Shown one piece after another: positions 1-8,845 of a stretch of DNA of 32,000 nucleotides (position 1 is the first letter of the stretch; each line of letters opens with the position of its first letter). The translations under genes were made by a program, and so were the position numbers. Origin of the DNA: Buchnera aphidicola (Therioaphis trifolii) (GTDB lineage: Bacteria; Pseudomonadota; Gammaproteobacteria; Enterobacterales; Enterobacteriaceae); contig NZ_CP032996.1 in the NCBI RefSeq assembly GCF_005080705.1, positions 60,001 to 92,000 on the forward strand, in the 5' to 3' direction. The notes beneath the pieces are model-generated. The model was not told the DNA's origin. It made no database searches and saw nothing but the letters and a program-made list of their open reading frames with translations.

Positions 1-1
1 A

Positions 2-1231
2 GCAACTGGATTAAAATTACCAATACATTCATTATGTATTATAGAAATTAAAAAAAATAATCAAATAAATTATATAGAATGTATTGTAATAGGTTTTTTA
101 AAAGAAAAAACATTTTTAACATCTTTTAAAGATGTATGTTTTATTCCTCCAAATTCTTTTATTTTTTCAAAAGATATTAAAAAGCATATTTTTCAAAAAT
201 GGCCTATAGGATTTCAATTACTTGGTCGAGTGTTAGATGGTCAAGGGAAACCATTAGATTATAAACCTTTATTAAATAAAGATTGGTTATATACATTAAG
301 TGGTGATTATATTAATCCATTAAATAAAAAACCTATTAATGAAATTTTTGATGTTGGTATTCGATCAATTAATGCATTATTAACATTAGGAAAAGGTCAA
401 AAAATTGGATTATGTTCACAATCTGGATATGGAAAAAGCATTTTACTTGGAATGATTTCTAAATATTCAAAAGCAGATATTATAGTAATTGCATTAATTG
501 GAGAACGTGGACGTGAAGTTCAAGAATTTTTAAATAATTCATTAGGTTTAAAAAATTTATATCGTTCTATAATAATAGTTGTTCCTATTAATGCCTCACC
601 TATATTAAAAATACAAGGTTCTATGTATGCAATGTGTATTGCTGAGTATTTTCGAGATAAAAATAAAGATGTATTGTTGATTTTTGATTCATTAACTCGA
701 TATGCTATGTCAGAACGTGAGATATCAATTTCGTTAGGTGAAATTCCATTAAATCAAGGTTATCCATCTTCTATTTTTTCAAAGTTATCAAATTTTATTG
801 AACGTGCTAGTAATTCTAGTAAAGATTCTGGTTCAATTACAACATTTTTTACAATTTTATTAGAATATGAAGAAAATGATTTAATTTTAGAAATATCTAA
901 ATCAATATTAGACGGTCATATTATATTATCTAAATTATATGCAGAATCTGGTCATTATCCTGCGATTGATATTGAATTATCGATTAGTCGTGTAATGTTT
1001 AATATTATTTCTAAAAAAAATTATGAAAAATCTCGTTATTTAAAACAATTAATATCTGTATATCAAAAAAATCAAGATTTAATTAATATTGGTGCTTATA
1101 TTCATGGTAGTAATAAAATTTTAGATGAAGCAATTGAAAAATGGAATCAAATTATATGTTTTTTAAAACAAGATATATTTGAGTCTAGTTCATATTTAAA
1201 ATCAATTTCTGAATTAAATAAAATTATTTAA
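2..1231 (+). CDS. fliI: Flagellum-specific ATPase FliI (5' end truncated by window edge)
   Basis: The frame is open from position 2. The translation ATGLKLPIHSLCIIE...IGFQLLGRVLDGQGKPLD is colinear with E. coli FliI. Walker A (SGYGKSILLGMI), Walker B (VLLIFDSLTRYAMSEREIS) and GHYPAIDIELSISR are present. The ORF-track start at 230 is an internal GTG. Confidence 0.93.
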   Translation, partial: ATGLKLPIHSLCIIEIKKNNQINYIECIVIGFLKEKTFLTSFKDVCFIPPNSFIFSKDIKKHIFQKWPIGFQLLGRVLDGQGKPLDYKPLLNKDWLYTLSGDYINPLNKKPINEIFDVGIRSINALLTLGKGQKIGLCSQSGYGKSILLGMISKYSKADIIVIALIGERGREVQEFLNNSLGLKNLYRSIIIVVPINASPILKIQGSMYAMCIAEYFRDKNKDVLLIFDSLTRYAMSEREISISLGEIPLNQGYPSSIFSKLSNFIERASNSSKDSGSITTFFTILLEYEENDLILEISKSILDGHIILSKLYAESGHYPAIDIELSISRVMFNIISKKNYEKSRYLKQLISVYQKNQDLINIGAYIHGSNKILDEAIEKWNQIICFLKQDIFESSSYLKSISELNKII

Positions 1232-1257
1232 TTTTTATTTTATTTACTGTAATCATT

Positions 1258-1713
1258 ATGTTAAAAAAAAATATTGCAATATTAAAAAATATTACAAAAT
1301 TAAAATTAGAACAATTAACTTTTATATTATATAATATTAAAAATAAAAAAAATAAAAAAAAAAATCAATTATATAAAATAATTAAATATTACAATTATTA
1401 TATAAAAAATTTTACTAAAAAATTTATTTTAGAATTTTCTTTTTTTAAAATAAAAAATTTTTATCAATTTTTATATTATTTAGAAGATTATATTCTTAAA
1501 TTAAAAAATAAAATATTAAAATATAATAATGATATTAAAAATAAATTATTTTTATGGAAAAAATTAAATAAAAAATTAAAAATATGGAATATATTATATG
1601 ATAAAATAATAAATGTAAATAAAAAAAAAAAAAATATTTTAAATAAAAAATATAATAATCAATATTATCAAATATTTTTATTGAAAAATATATTTTTTAA
1701 TAAAAATAAATAA
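1258..1713 (+). CDS. fliJ: Flagellar export chaperone/stalk protein FliJ (highly diverged, Lys/Asn-rich)
   Basis: The ORF sits directly after fliI and has FliJ-like length (151 aa vs ~147). Weak colinear matches to E. coli FliJ: QLYKIIKYYNYYIKNF ~ QLKMLIDYQNEYRNNL; NFYQFLYYLEDYI ~ NYQQFIQTLEKAI; LFLWKKLNKKLKIWNIL ~ LNSWREKKQRLQAWQTL. Confidence 0.7.
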   Translation: MLKKNIAILKNITKLKLEQLTFILYNIKNKKNKKKNQLYKIIKYYNYYIKNFTKKFILEFSFFKIKNFYQFLYYLEDYILKLKNKILKYNNDIKNKLFLWKKLNKKLKIWNILYDKIINVNKKKKNILNKKYNNQYYQIFLLKNIFFNKNK

Positions 1714-1740
1714 TTTTTTAATTTTCAATTGGTATTTTAA

Positions 1741-2649
1741 ATGAAAAAATATAATGAAAAATTTTTTATTTATAAAGATATTAATGATCACGATATTAAA
1801 TATGTAAAAATTTTTCAAAAAATTTATAAAAAATTTATTATTTTATTAGAAGATGAATTATTAAAAATTACTAAAAAAAAATTTAAAATTAATATTATTA
1901 AAAATAATTTAACAATTAATTTAAATATAAATAATGATAATTTACATATTTTAAATACTATATCATTAATAAATATCGATTGTTTTATTTTTATTTTTTT
2001 TTCTATTTCTTTTATTAATTATTTAAGTGAATTAATATTTGGTATTAATAAAAATATTTTTTATTATAAAAATTATAATGTATTAATTTCTTCTAAAATT
2101 TATATTATAAATAAATTAATGAATATTTTTATTAAATTATATAATAATATTTTAAAAAAATGTAATATTTTTTGTAATAAATATTTTATTGATATAAAAA
2201 ATAATTTTAATTTTTTTATAAAAAATAAATATAAATTATATTTAAATACTGAATTTTTATGCAAATATAAAAATACAAAATTTATTTTTATTATTCAGAT
2301 TCCTGACATATTATTATTTATAATAATTAATCAATATAAAGATTTTTTTAAAATTAATGAAGAAAAATCTATTTATAGTAAAAATAATTATTTATTAAAT
2401 AATATTTGTAATTCAGAATTAAATTGCGTAGTTCAATTAGAAAAAATATCTATATTATCTAAATATATTAAAAATTTAAAAATTGGTGATATTTTAGAAA
2501 TTAAAAAACCAAATATAGTAACAATATATACAGAAAATTATATACCAATTTTTTATGGAAAATATTATTCTAATAATAATAAATTAGTATTATATGTTAA
2601 AAAAAACTTATTAATTAATAAATTAAATATAAAGAATAAAAAAATATGA
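1741..2649 (+). CDS. fliM: Flagellar C-ring protein FliM (diverged)
   Basis: The C-terminal segment LEKISILSKYIKNLKIGDILEIKKPNIVTIYTENYIPIFYGKY matches E. coli FliM ADISLRLSQILKLNPGDVLPIEKPDRIIAHVDGVPVLTSQYG. The mid region FFSISFINYLSELIFG matches VFSPSLVFIAVDNLFGG. There is a 4-nt ATGA overlap with fliN. Confidence 0.8.
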   Translation: MKKYNEKFFIYKDINDHDIKYVKIFQKIYKKFIILLEDELLKITKKKFKINIIKNNLTINLNINNDNLHILNTISLINIDCFIFIFFSISFINYLSELIFGINKNIFYYKNYNVLISSKIYIINKLMNIFIKLYNNILKKCNIFCNKYFIDIKNNFNFFIKNKYKLYLNTEFLCKYKNTKFIFIIQIPDILLFIIINQYKDFFKINEEKSIYSKNNYLLNNICNSELNCVVQLEKISILSKYIKNLKIGDILEIKKPNIVTIYTENYIPIFYGKYYSNNNKLVLYVKKNLLINKLNIKNKKI

Positions 2650-3017
2650 TTAATAATATAAAAAATAATATAAATAATGTAAATAATAATTCTTATAAAA
2701 TTCACGAATCAAAAGATAATTTATTAAATTTAAATACAAAAAATAAAAATAAATTAAATAATTGTAATAAATTTAATTTTCAAGAAAATATATTAGATGA
2801 TATTTTATTAGATATTATTATTCAAATAGGAATAATAAAAATAAAAATTAAAGATTTATTAAATATAAAACCAGGAACAATACTTAATTTAAATAAATCA
2901 AATAATGAAATGTTAGATATTATTTTAAATAATACTATAATTGCAAAAGGAGAATTGGTTCAATTGAAAGAAAAATATGGAATTCGGATCACTCAAATTA
3001 TTCAACATAATTATTAA
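2646..3017 (+). CDS. fliN: Flagellar C-ring/export protein FliN
   Basis: The SpoA domain DIIIQIGIIKIKIKDLLNIKPGTILNLNKSNNEMLDIILNNTIIAKGELVQLKEKYGIRITQII is colinear with E. coli FliN ([53 protein letters not shown]). Confidence 0.88.
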   Translation: MINNIKNNINNVNNNSYKIHESKDNLLNLNTKNKNKLNNCNKFNFQENILDDILLDIIIQIGIIKIKIKDLLNIKPGTILNLNKSNNEMLDIILNNTIIAKGELVQLKEKYGIRITQIIQHNY

Positions 3018-3022
3018 ATAAT

Positions 3023-4096
3023 ATGAAAATTATATTTGATTTATTCTATCAACATATCTTATATAAAGATATTTTCTTTTTTATGAAATTTTTTATTTTA
3101 TTATTTTTAATAATTTGGTTAATTAGAAATATTAGTTTTTTAACAAATAATTATAATAATTCTTTAATAAAAGTTATTAATCAAATTAAATTAGATACTA
3201 ATAATAAAATTATTATTTTGGATGTTCAAGGAGTTAAATTAGTATTAGGAATAACATTAAATAATATGAATGTTTTATATACTATTCCTTTTACTAATAA
3301 TGATATTAATCATCAAATCAAAATAGAACAATCAAATTTTAAATTTACTTTTTTAAATAAAATCATATTAAATATATGTTGTTTTTTATTATTTTTTTTT
3401 TATAGTCCTAATGCCTATGCAACTGAATTTTCTGAATTAACTAAACATATTTTTTTAAATAATATTTATAATTGGTCTTTTTCTATTCAAATGTTTATAT
3501 TTACATTTTTTTTAGCATTATTATCAGTAATTATTTTAATGACTACAAGTTTTACTCGAATTATCATTGTTTTAACTTTATTAAGAAATGCATTAGGAAT
3601 TCCTTCTATTCCTCCAAATCAATTATTAATAGTGATATCATGTTTTTTAACTTTTTGTATTATGAATCCAATATTTTATAAAATATATCATGAAGCATAT
3701 TTACCATTATATTTAAATAAAATTCAATTTGATGAAGCTTTTTTTAAAGCATATAAACCTATTCATGATTTTATGCTTCATCAAACACGTCATTCTGATT
3801 TATTAGCATTTTCTAAATTATCAAATATTCCATTAATTGAAAATCAAAATTTTATTCCAATACAAATATTATTACCATCATTTATTACTAGTGAATTGAA
3901 AACTGCTTGTCAAATTGGATTTACTATATTTATTCCATTTTTAATTATTGATTTATTTGTTTCTAGTATATTAATTTCATTAGGTATGATGATGATTTCT
4001 CCAAATAGTATTTCATTACCAATTAAATTAATATTATTTGTTATGGTAGATGGATGGAAATTAATTTTTTCATCTTTAGTAAATAGTTTTTATTAA
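3023..4096 (+). CDS. fliP: Single ORF encoding a FliO-like N-terminal part fused in frame to export-gate protein FliP
   Basis: Residues ~21-113 match E. coli FliO (TM helix, then IIILDVQGVKLVLGITLNNMNVLYTIP ~ VVVVDVEDARLVLGVTAGQINLLHKLP, and SNFKFTFLNK ~ TDFQSVMKNLLK). Residues ~114-357 match FliP (LMTTSFTRIIIVLTLLRNALGIPSIPPNQ, ITSELKTACQIGFTIFIPFLIIDL, VMVDGWKLIFSSLVNSFY). There is no stop codon between the two parts. The alternative start at Met21 (3083) cannot be excluded. Confidence 0.9.
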   Translation: MKIIFDLFYQHILYKDIFFFMKFFILLFLIIWLIRNISFLTNNYNNSLIKVINQIKLDTNNKIIILDVQGVKLVLGITLNNMNVLYTIPFTNNDINHQIKIEQSNFKFTFLNKIILNICCFLLFFFYSPNAYATEFSELTKHIFLNNIYNWSFSIQMFIFTFFLALLSVIILMTTSFTRIIIVLTLLRNALGIPSIPPNQLLIVISCFLTFCIMNPIFYKIYHEAYLPLYLNKIQFDEAFFKAYKPIHDFMLHQTRHSDLLAFSKLSNIPLIENQNFIPIQILLPSFITSELKTACQIGFTIFIPFLIIDLFVSSILISLGMMMISPNSISLPIKLILFVMVDGWKLIFSSLVNSFY

Positions 4097-4131
4097 AATT
4101 TTTTATATTTTTTTAATTTATTAGGATATTT

Positions 4132-4410
4132 ATGAAATCTACATTTTTAACAACATTATTTTATGAATCGTTAAAAGTTTTATTTTTTATATCATTTCCA
4201 TTTTTATTATCTGTTTTATTCATTGGAATAATTATTGGAGTATTTCAAACATTATTTCAAATTAATGAACAAACATTATCTTTTATTCCAAAATTAATAG
4301 TTGTATTTTTAATATTTACATTTTTTGGTACATGGTTTTTAAATATAATTATTAATTATATGGAATATATTTTTAAAAATATATCATATTCAATTTTTGA
4401 TTTATGTTAA
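4132..4410 (+). CDS. fliQ: Flagellar export-gate protein FliQ
   Basis: QINEQTLSFIPKLIVVF matches E. coli FliQ QINEMTLSFIPKIVAVF. Length is 92 aa vs 89 aa. Confidence 0.9.
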   Translation: MKSTFLTTLFYESLKVLFFISFPFLLSVLFIGIIIGVFQTLFQINEQTLSFIPKLIVVFLIFTFFGTWFLNIIINYMEYIFKNISYSIFDLC

Positions 4411-5171
4411 ATATTTATCATTATAATATATTTATTTTATTAAATAATTTTTTTTTTATTATTTTTAGAATATTTTCAATATTACATTTTTCTCCATTTT
4501 TTGGAGATAAAATATTTAATAAAAAAATAAGATTTATATTTTCTTTTTTATTAAGTATATTTATTATTTTAAATATACCTTATATAAAAATTAATATTTT
4601 ATCATATATTGGTTTAATTATTTTAATAGAACAAATTATTATTGGTATAATTATTGGTTTTTTTTTAAAATTAATATTTTTTTTTGTTATTATATCTGGT
4701 GAAATTTTAAGTTTTCAAGTTGGTTTATCTTTTTCAAATTATTTTGATTCTAATTTAAATTTTAATGTTTCAATTTTTTCAAAAATTTTTAATATATTTT
4801 TATTATTAATTTTTTTATTTTTTAATGGTCATCTTTGGATTATTTTTTTTATTTTAAAAAGTTTTTATTTATTTCCTATTAATCATATTAATTTTAATAA
4901 TATTTTAATATCTTTTATAAAAATTATAAATTCTTCTTTTTTAAGTGGAATAATACTAATTTTTCCTATTATGATTTTATTATTTTTATTAAATATATTA
5001 ATTGGAATTTTATTTCAATCATCATCAAATATGTTTTTTTTATTTAACAATTTTTCATTATTTTTTTTTATTAGTTTATTATTTTTATTTTTTTCAAATT
5101 CGATTTTTTTTTATTCTTTAAATATTCTTTTAAATTATTTAATTAATATATTTGATAATATGTTTTTTTAA
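4404..5171 (+). CDS. fliR: Flagellar export-gate protein FliR
   Basis: A 255-aa polytopic hydrophobic protein in the fliQ-downstream slot, overlapping fliQ by 7 nt. Length and position fit FliR (E. coli ~261 aa). Sequence similarity is hard to judge by eye because of the Phe/Ile/Leu bias. Confidence 0.82.
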   Translation: MLNIYHYNIFILLNNFFFIIFRIFSILHFSPFFGDKIFNKKIRFIFSFLLSIFIILNIPYIKINILSYIGLIILIEQIIIGIIIGFFLKLIFFFVIISGEILSFQVGLSFSNYFDSNLNFNVSIFSKIFNIFLLLIFLFFNGHLWIIFFILKSFYLFPINHINFNNILISFIKIINSSFLSGIILIFPIMILLFLLNILIGILFQSSSNMFFLFNNFSLFFFISLLFLFFSNSIFFYSLNILLNYLINIFDNMFF

Positions 5172-5176
5172 AACAC

Positions 5177-5215
5177 ACTATACCTTTTTATATAAAAAAT
5201 ATAAAAAGATATAGT
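5177..5215. terminator. Hairpin shared by convergent fliR (+) and rpmG (-) 3' ends; possible bidirectional terminator
   Basis: The 17-nt arms actatacctttttatat (5177-5193) and atataaaaagatatagt (5199-5215) are complementary with one mismatch, and the loop is aaaaa. The flanks are only moderately U-rich on either strand. Confidence 0.45.
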
Positions 5216-5243
5216 ATATTTTATTATAATATTATTGATATAT

Positions 5244-5411
5244 TTATTTAATTTTTATTTCATTATATAATACATGTTTTTTAATAATAGGATCATATTT
5301 TTTTAATTGTATTTTTTTTTGATTAGATCTTTTATTTTTTGTCGTAGTATAATAATGTTTTGTTCCAGAAGAAGATATAAGTTTAATTTTTTCTCTTGAG
5401 CTTTTAGCCAT
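5244..5411 (-). CDS. rpmG: 50S ribosomal protein L33 (below the ORF-track length cutoff)
   Basis: Manual minus-strand translation gives [55 protein letters not shown]. This is colinear with E. coli L33 ([55 protein letters not shown]). Confidence 0.93.
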   Translation of the reverse strand: MAKSSREKIKLISSSGTKHYYTTTKNKRSNQKKIQLKKYDPIIKKHVLYNEIKIK

Positions 5412-5434
5412 TTATGTTTCCAAGTTTAAATTTT

Positions 5435-5644
5435 TTAATTAAAAAATTTTTCAATTCCTTTTTTTTCAATTATTCTCATTCCTTTATTTGAAATTCGTAT
5501 TTTAATGAATTTTTTTTTATTTGGAATCCATAATTTGCGATATTGTAAATTTGGAATAAATTTTTTTTTTGTAGCATTAAGTGCATGAGATCGATTATTT
5601 CCAAACATTGGTTTTTTTTTTGTAATAATACATATTTTGGCCAT
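5435..5644 (-). CDS. rpmB: 50S ribosomal protein L28
   Basis: [20 protein letters not shown] and [15 protein letters not shown] match E. coli L28 ([35 protein letters not shown]). Confidence 0.93.
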   Translation of the reverse strand: MAKICIITKKKPMFGNNRSHALNATKKKFIPNLQYRKLWIPNKKKFIKIRISNKGMRIIEKKGIEKFFN

Positions 5645-5674
5645 ATTTTTCCTATTAAATGATAAAATTTTATT

Positions 5675-6199
5675 TTATATAAAATTTTTTATGCATTTTT
5701 TTATTTCTAATTTTGCAGATTTGGCATTTTCGAATCCAATAATTTTAACCCATTTATTTTTTTCTAAATCTTTATAATGTTGAAAAAAATGTATAATTTT
5801 ATTTTTGACATTAATAGATAAATCTTGAATATCTTTAATATCTTTATAATCTATAGAAATATTATCATGAGGTACAGCAATTATTTTAGAATCTTCTCCT
5901 GATTCATCAATCATTTTTAATATCCCAATAGGTTTACATTGAATGACAGAAGAATGTTGTAATTTATATGGAATTGGAATTAATACATCTAATGGATCGC
6001 CATCATTAGATAATGTTTTATTGATATATCCATAATTACATGGATAAAACATAGATGTTGGTATAAAACGATCAACAAAAAGAATTTGCGTTTGTTTATT
6101 AATTTCATATTTTATAGAATGTGTTTGATATGGTATTTCAATAATTACATATATATCATGAGGAATATTTTCTCCTGATTTAATATTTTGTAAATTCAT
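5675..6199 (-). CDS. ppa: Inorganic pyrophosphatase
   Basis: A 174-aa family I PPase. IEIP...KYE...LFVDRF, YPCNYGYI..TLSNDGDPLDVL and DESGEDSKIIAVP are typical of E. coli Ppa (176 aa). Confidence 0.93.
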   Translation of the reverse strand: MNLQNIKSGENIPHDIYVIIEIPYQTHSIKYEINKQTQILFVDRFIPTSMFYPCNYGYINKTLSNDGDPLDVLIPIPYKLQHSSVIQCKPIGILKMIDESGEDSKIIAVPHDNISIDYKDIKDIQDLSINVKNKIIHFFQHYKDLEKNKWVKIIGFENAKSAKLEIKKCIKNFI

Positions 6200-6281
6200 A
6201 TTTTTTCCATATTTATATTTAATAATTGTATGAGATTTAATATTTATTTATTTGATATTTTATATTTTTAAATAAATTTTT

Positions 6282-6638
6282 AAGTTGACCTATAAGCCGG
6301 GTTCTGTTTTATGCAGTCATTTATCTAGACCAATAATCACTTATTGGTTCAAGCGGTTTACCTGAATTTATACGAGCAGTATTTTAAATTCTATTTAACC
6401 TTGCTCCGAGTGGAGTTTACATTGCCATATTTATTACTAAATATGCGGTGTGCTTTTAACACGCCTTTTCACCCTTACTATTTAATATTATTAAAATATT
6501 ATTTAGCGGTATATTTTCTGTTGCACTATTCGTCAGAAAAAATATTCTGCCCAGATGTTATCTGGCACTCTTGCTCTTGGAGCCCGGACTTTCCTCTATT
6601 TAATTAACAAATTAAATAGCGACTGCTTGGTCAACTTA
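6282..6638 (-). ncRNA. rnpB: RNase P RNA (M1 RNA, bacterial type A)
   Basis: The minus strand reads AAGUUGACCAAGCAGUCGC...GAGGAAAGUCCGGGCUCC...AGUGCAACAGA...GUAAGGGUGAAAAGG...AAACUCCACUCGGAGCAAGG...ACAGAACCCGGCUUAUAGGUCAACUU. This is colinear with E. coli rnpB, including the conserved CR-I, CR-II, CR-IV and CR-V blocks. The P3 equivalent is a perfect AU hairpin (CUAUUUAAUU-UGUU-AAUUAAAUAG). End coordinates are +/- a few nt. Confidence 0.93.
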
Positions 6639-6645
6639 TAAAATT

Positions 6646-6674
6646 ATTATAATTTATTTTTTATTTTTTGTCAT
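6646..6674 (-). promoter_or_regulatory. Candidate sigma70 promoter for rnpB overlapping the rsmI stop codon
   Basis: On the minus strand: ATGACA (6674-6669), a 17-nt spacer, TATAAT (6651-6646), then 8 nt to the predicted mature 5' end (6637/6638). TATAAT-like hexamers are common in this AT-rich DNA. The G/C-containing -35, the spacing and the position give the support. Confidence 0.4.
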
Positions 6675-7524
6675 TTTTAAAATTTTTTATAGTGTAATCA
6701 TATAATTTATTTTTTTTAATTTTATAAATTAATGAAGTTAATTTTATTGCTGTTTTTATTTTAATTTTTGTTAATAAAATTGATAAAGTATTATGAATAT
6801 TAGAGCATATTTTTTTTTCTTTTTTTTTTTTACCTTTAATAATAATTACCATTTCTCCTTTCTGTCTTAATGGATTATCTTGTAACCAGGATAATATATT
6901 TCTTGATGTATCATATTTTATTTTTTCCCACTTTTTTGTTATTTCTTTTGCTAATACTATTTTTCGATTTGAACCTAAGTAAATAATGATATCTTGTATA
7001 CTACTTATAATTCTATGACAAGATTCATAAAATACTATCGTTGTTGCATTATTTTTTATTTTTAATAAACATTTTTTTCTTTGATTAGTTTTTTTTGGAA
7101 AAAATCCTTTATAACAAAATTTATTACTAAATATTCCTGATGCACTAAGTGCTGCGATAATAGCGCATGGTCCAGGAATTGGTATGACAGTAATATTTTT
7201 TTTATGACATTTATGAACTAATTGATGACCTGGATCACTTATTGTAGGTGTTCCAGCATCAGATACTAAAGCAATATCTATTTTTTTTAATAAAATAATA
7301 ATTTTTTTAATGAATTTATTTTCATTATATTTATTTAAAGAAATAATTTTTGTATTAATATTAAAATAATTTAATAAATTTTTTGTATATTGAATATTTT
7401 CTGCTGCTATTAATTTGACTGTTTTTAAAATATTAACTGCTCGATATGTAATATCTTTCATATTTCCAATAGGAGTTGAAACAATATATAATATTTTATA
7501 TTTTTTTATATTAGTATCATTCAT
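6661..7524 (-). CDS. rsmI: 16S rRNA (cytidine1402-2'-O)-methyltransferase RsmI (YraL)
   Basis: A tetrapyrrole-methylase-fold N-terminus LYIVSTPIGNMKDITYRAVNILKTVKLIAAE, plus ALVSDAGTPTISDPG and FYESCHR, as in E. coli RsmI (286 aa). Confidence 0.88.
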   Translation of the reverse strand: MNDTNIKKYKILYIVSTPIGNMKDITYRAVNILKTVKLIAAENIQYTKNLLNYFNINTKIISLNKYNENKFIKKIIILLKKIDIALVSDAGTPTISDPGHQLVHKCHKKNITVIPIPGPCAIIAALSASGIFSNKFCYKGFFPKKTNQRKKCLLKIKNNATTIVFYESCHRIISSIQDIIIYLGSNRKIVLAKEITKKWEKIKYDTSRNILSWLQDNPLRQKGEMVIIIKGKKKKEKKICSNIHNTLSILLTKIKIKTAIKLTSLIYKIKKNKLYDYTIKNFKNDKK

Positions 7525-7660
7525 TTTATATATTTATATTATTTAAAATCAATAAATAATAATATTTTATATATTAGATTATAATTATATTAATATTAAT
7601 AAATATAAATTTTTTGTATATTTCATTAAATTAAAAAATAAATAATTAGGAAATATTTTA

Positions 7661-8845
7661 GTGAAAAGAGTTGTTATTACTGGTTTAGGAATTATTTCAA
7701 GTATTGGTAATAATAAAAAACAAGTATTATCATCTTTAAAAAATGTAACTTCAGGTATTACTTTTTCTAAAGAAATGAAAAGATTTGGTTTAAAAAGTCA
7801 TGTTTGGGGAAAAATTAAATTAAATAATATAAAAATTAATCGTTCTATTTTAAAATTTATGAATCCTGCATCAATTTATTCTTATTATTCTATGAAACAA
7901 GCAATTAAGGATTCTCAATTAAAAAAAAATATATATCAAAAAAATTATCGAGTTGGAATTATTACAGGTGTTGGATGTAATTTTTTTTTTAATAATTTAT
8001 TTTTAAAAAAAAATCCTTATTTTTTAATTCAAAATATGATGTCTAATATTTCTGCATGTTTATCAACTTATTATCATATTTTTGGAATTAGTTATTCAAT
8101 TAGTTCTGCTTGTGCAACTTCGTCAAATTGTATTTATCATGCTTTTGAATTAATTAAATCTGGAAAACAAGATATTATGTTTGCTGGAGGTGCAGAAGAA
8201 TTAAGTTGTGAATTAGCATATCAATTTGATTTAATTAATTCATTATCAGTAAAATATAATAATAATCCTAAAATATCTTCTCGTCCATATGATATTAATA
8301 GAGATGGATTTGTTATATCTGGTGGTTCTGGAATAATCGTACTTGAAGAATTAGAACATGCATTATCAAGAAACGCTAATATTTATGCTGAAATTCTTAG
8401 TTGTGGTTCTACTTCAGATGGAAATAATATGATTCGTTCTTCTGGATTAGGATTAATTAAAGCGATGAAAATAGCTATGAAAGGTTCAGGAAATATTATT
8501 ATTGATTATATTAATACTCATGGTACATCAACAAAATTAGGTGATTTAGTAGAATTAAAATCTATAAAAAAAGTTTTTAAAAATTTTATTCCATATATTT
8601 CTTCTACAAAATCTCTTACTGGTCATGGTTTAGGTGCCTCTGGTGTTCAAGAAATTATTTATACTATTTTAATGATGAATAATAATTTTATTGCTCCAAG
8701 TATTAATATTAAAAATTTAGAACCATTTGCAAAAAATATGAATATTGTTTGTAATTTAAAAAAATATAATATAATTTCTTCTATGTCAAATAGTTGTGGA
8801 TTTGGTGGAGTTAATGTTTCTATAATATTAAAAAAATATTATTAA
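7661..8845 (+). CDS. fabB: 3-oxoacyl-ACP synthase I (KAS I), GTG start
   Basis: MKRVVITGLGIISSIGNN matches E. coli FabB MKRAVITGLGIVSSIGNN. The catalytic triad context is kept: SSACATS (Cys), NTHGTST (His), TGHGLGASGVQE (His). AGGA lies 10 nt upstream of the GTG. Confidence 0.92.
   Translation: MKRVVITGLGIISSIGNNKKQVLSSLKNVTSGITFSKEMKRFGLKSHVWGKIKLNNIKINRSILKFMNPASIYSYYSMKQAIKDSQLKKNIYQKNYRVGIITGVGCNFFFNNLFLKKNPYFLIQNMMSNISACLSTYYHIFGISYSISSACATSSNCIYHAFELIKSGKQDIMFAGGAEELSCELAYQFDLINSLSVKYNNNPKISSRPYDINRDGFVISGGSGIIVLEELEHALSRNANIYAEILSCGSTSDGNNMIRSSGLGLIKAMKIAMKGSGNIIIDYINTHGTSTKLGDLVELKSIKKVFKNFIPYISSTKSLTGHGLGASGVQEIIYTILMMNNNFIAPSINIKNLEPFAKNMNIVCNLKKYNIISSMSNSCGFGGVNVSIILKKYY

Noticed and set aside
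1258-1713. Possible novel Lys/Asn-rich low-complexity protein
   Set aside because: Its position, length and several colinear blocks identify it as a compositionally degraded FliJ rather than a new gene.
3472-3681. 69-aa alternative-frame ORF
   Set aside because: It is nested inside the strongly conserved FliP frame (LMTTSFTRIIIV...). It is a chance open frame in stop-poor, T-rich sequence.
6344-6607. 87-aa plus-strand ORF in a relatively G+C-rich patch
   Set aside because: It lies entirely antisense within the RNase P RNA gene. The G+C richness and open frame come from the conserved RNA sequence. It has no Shine-Dalgarno sequence and no protein-like similarity.
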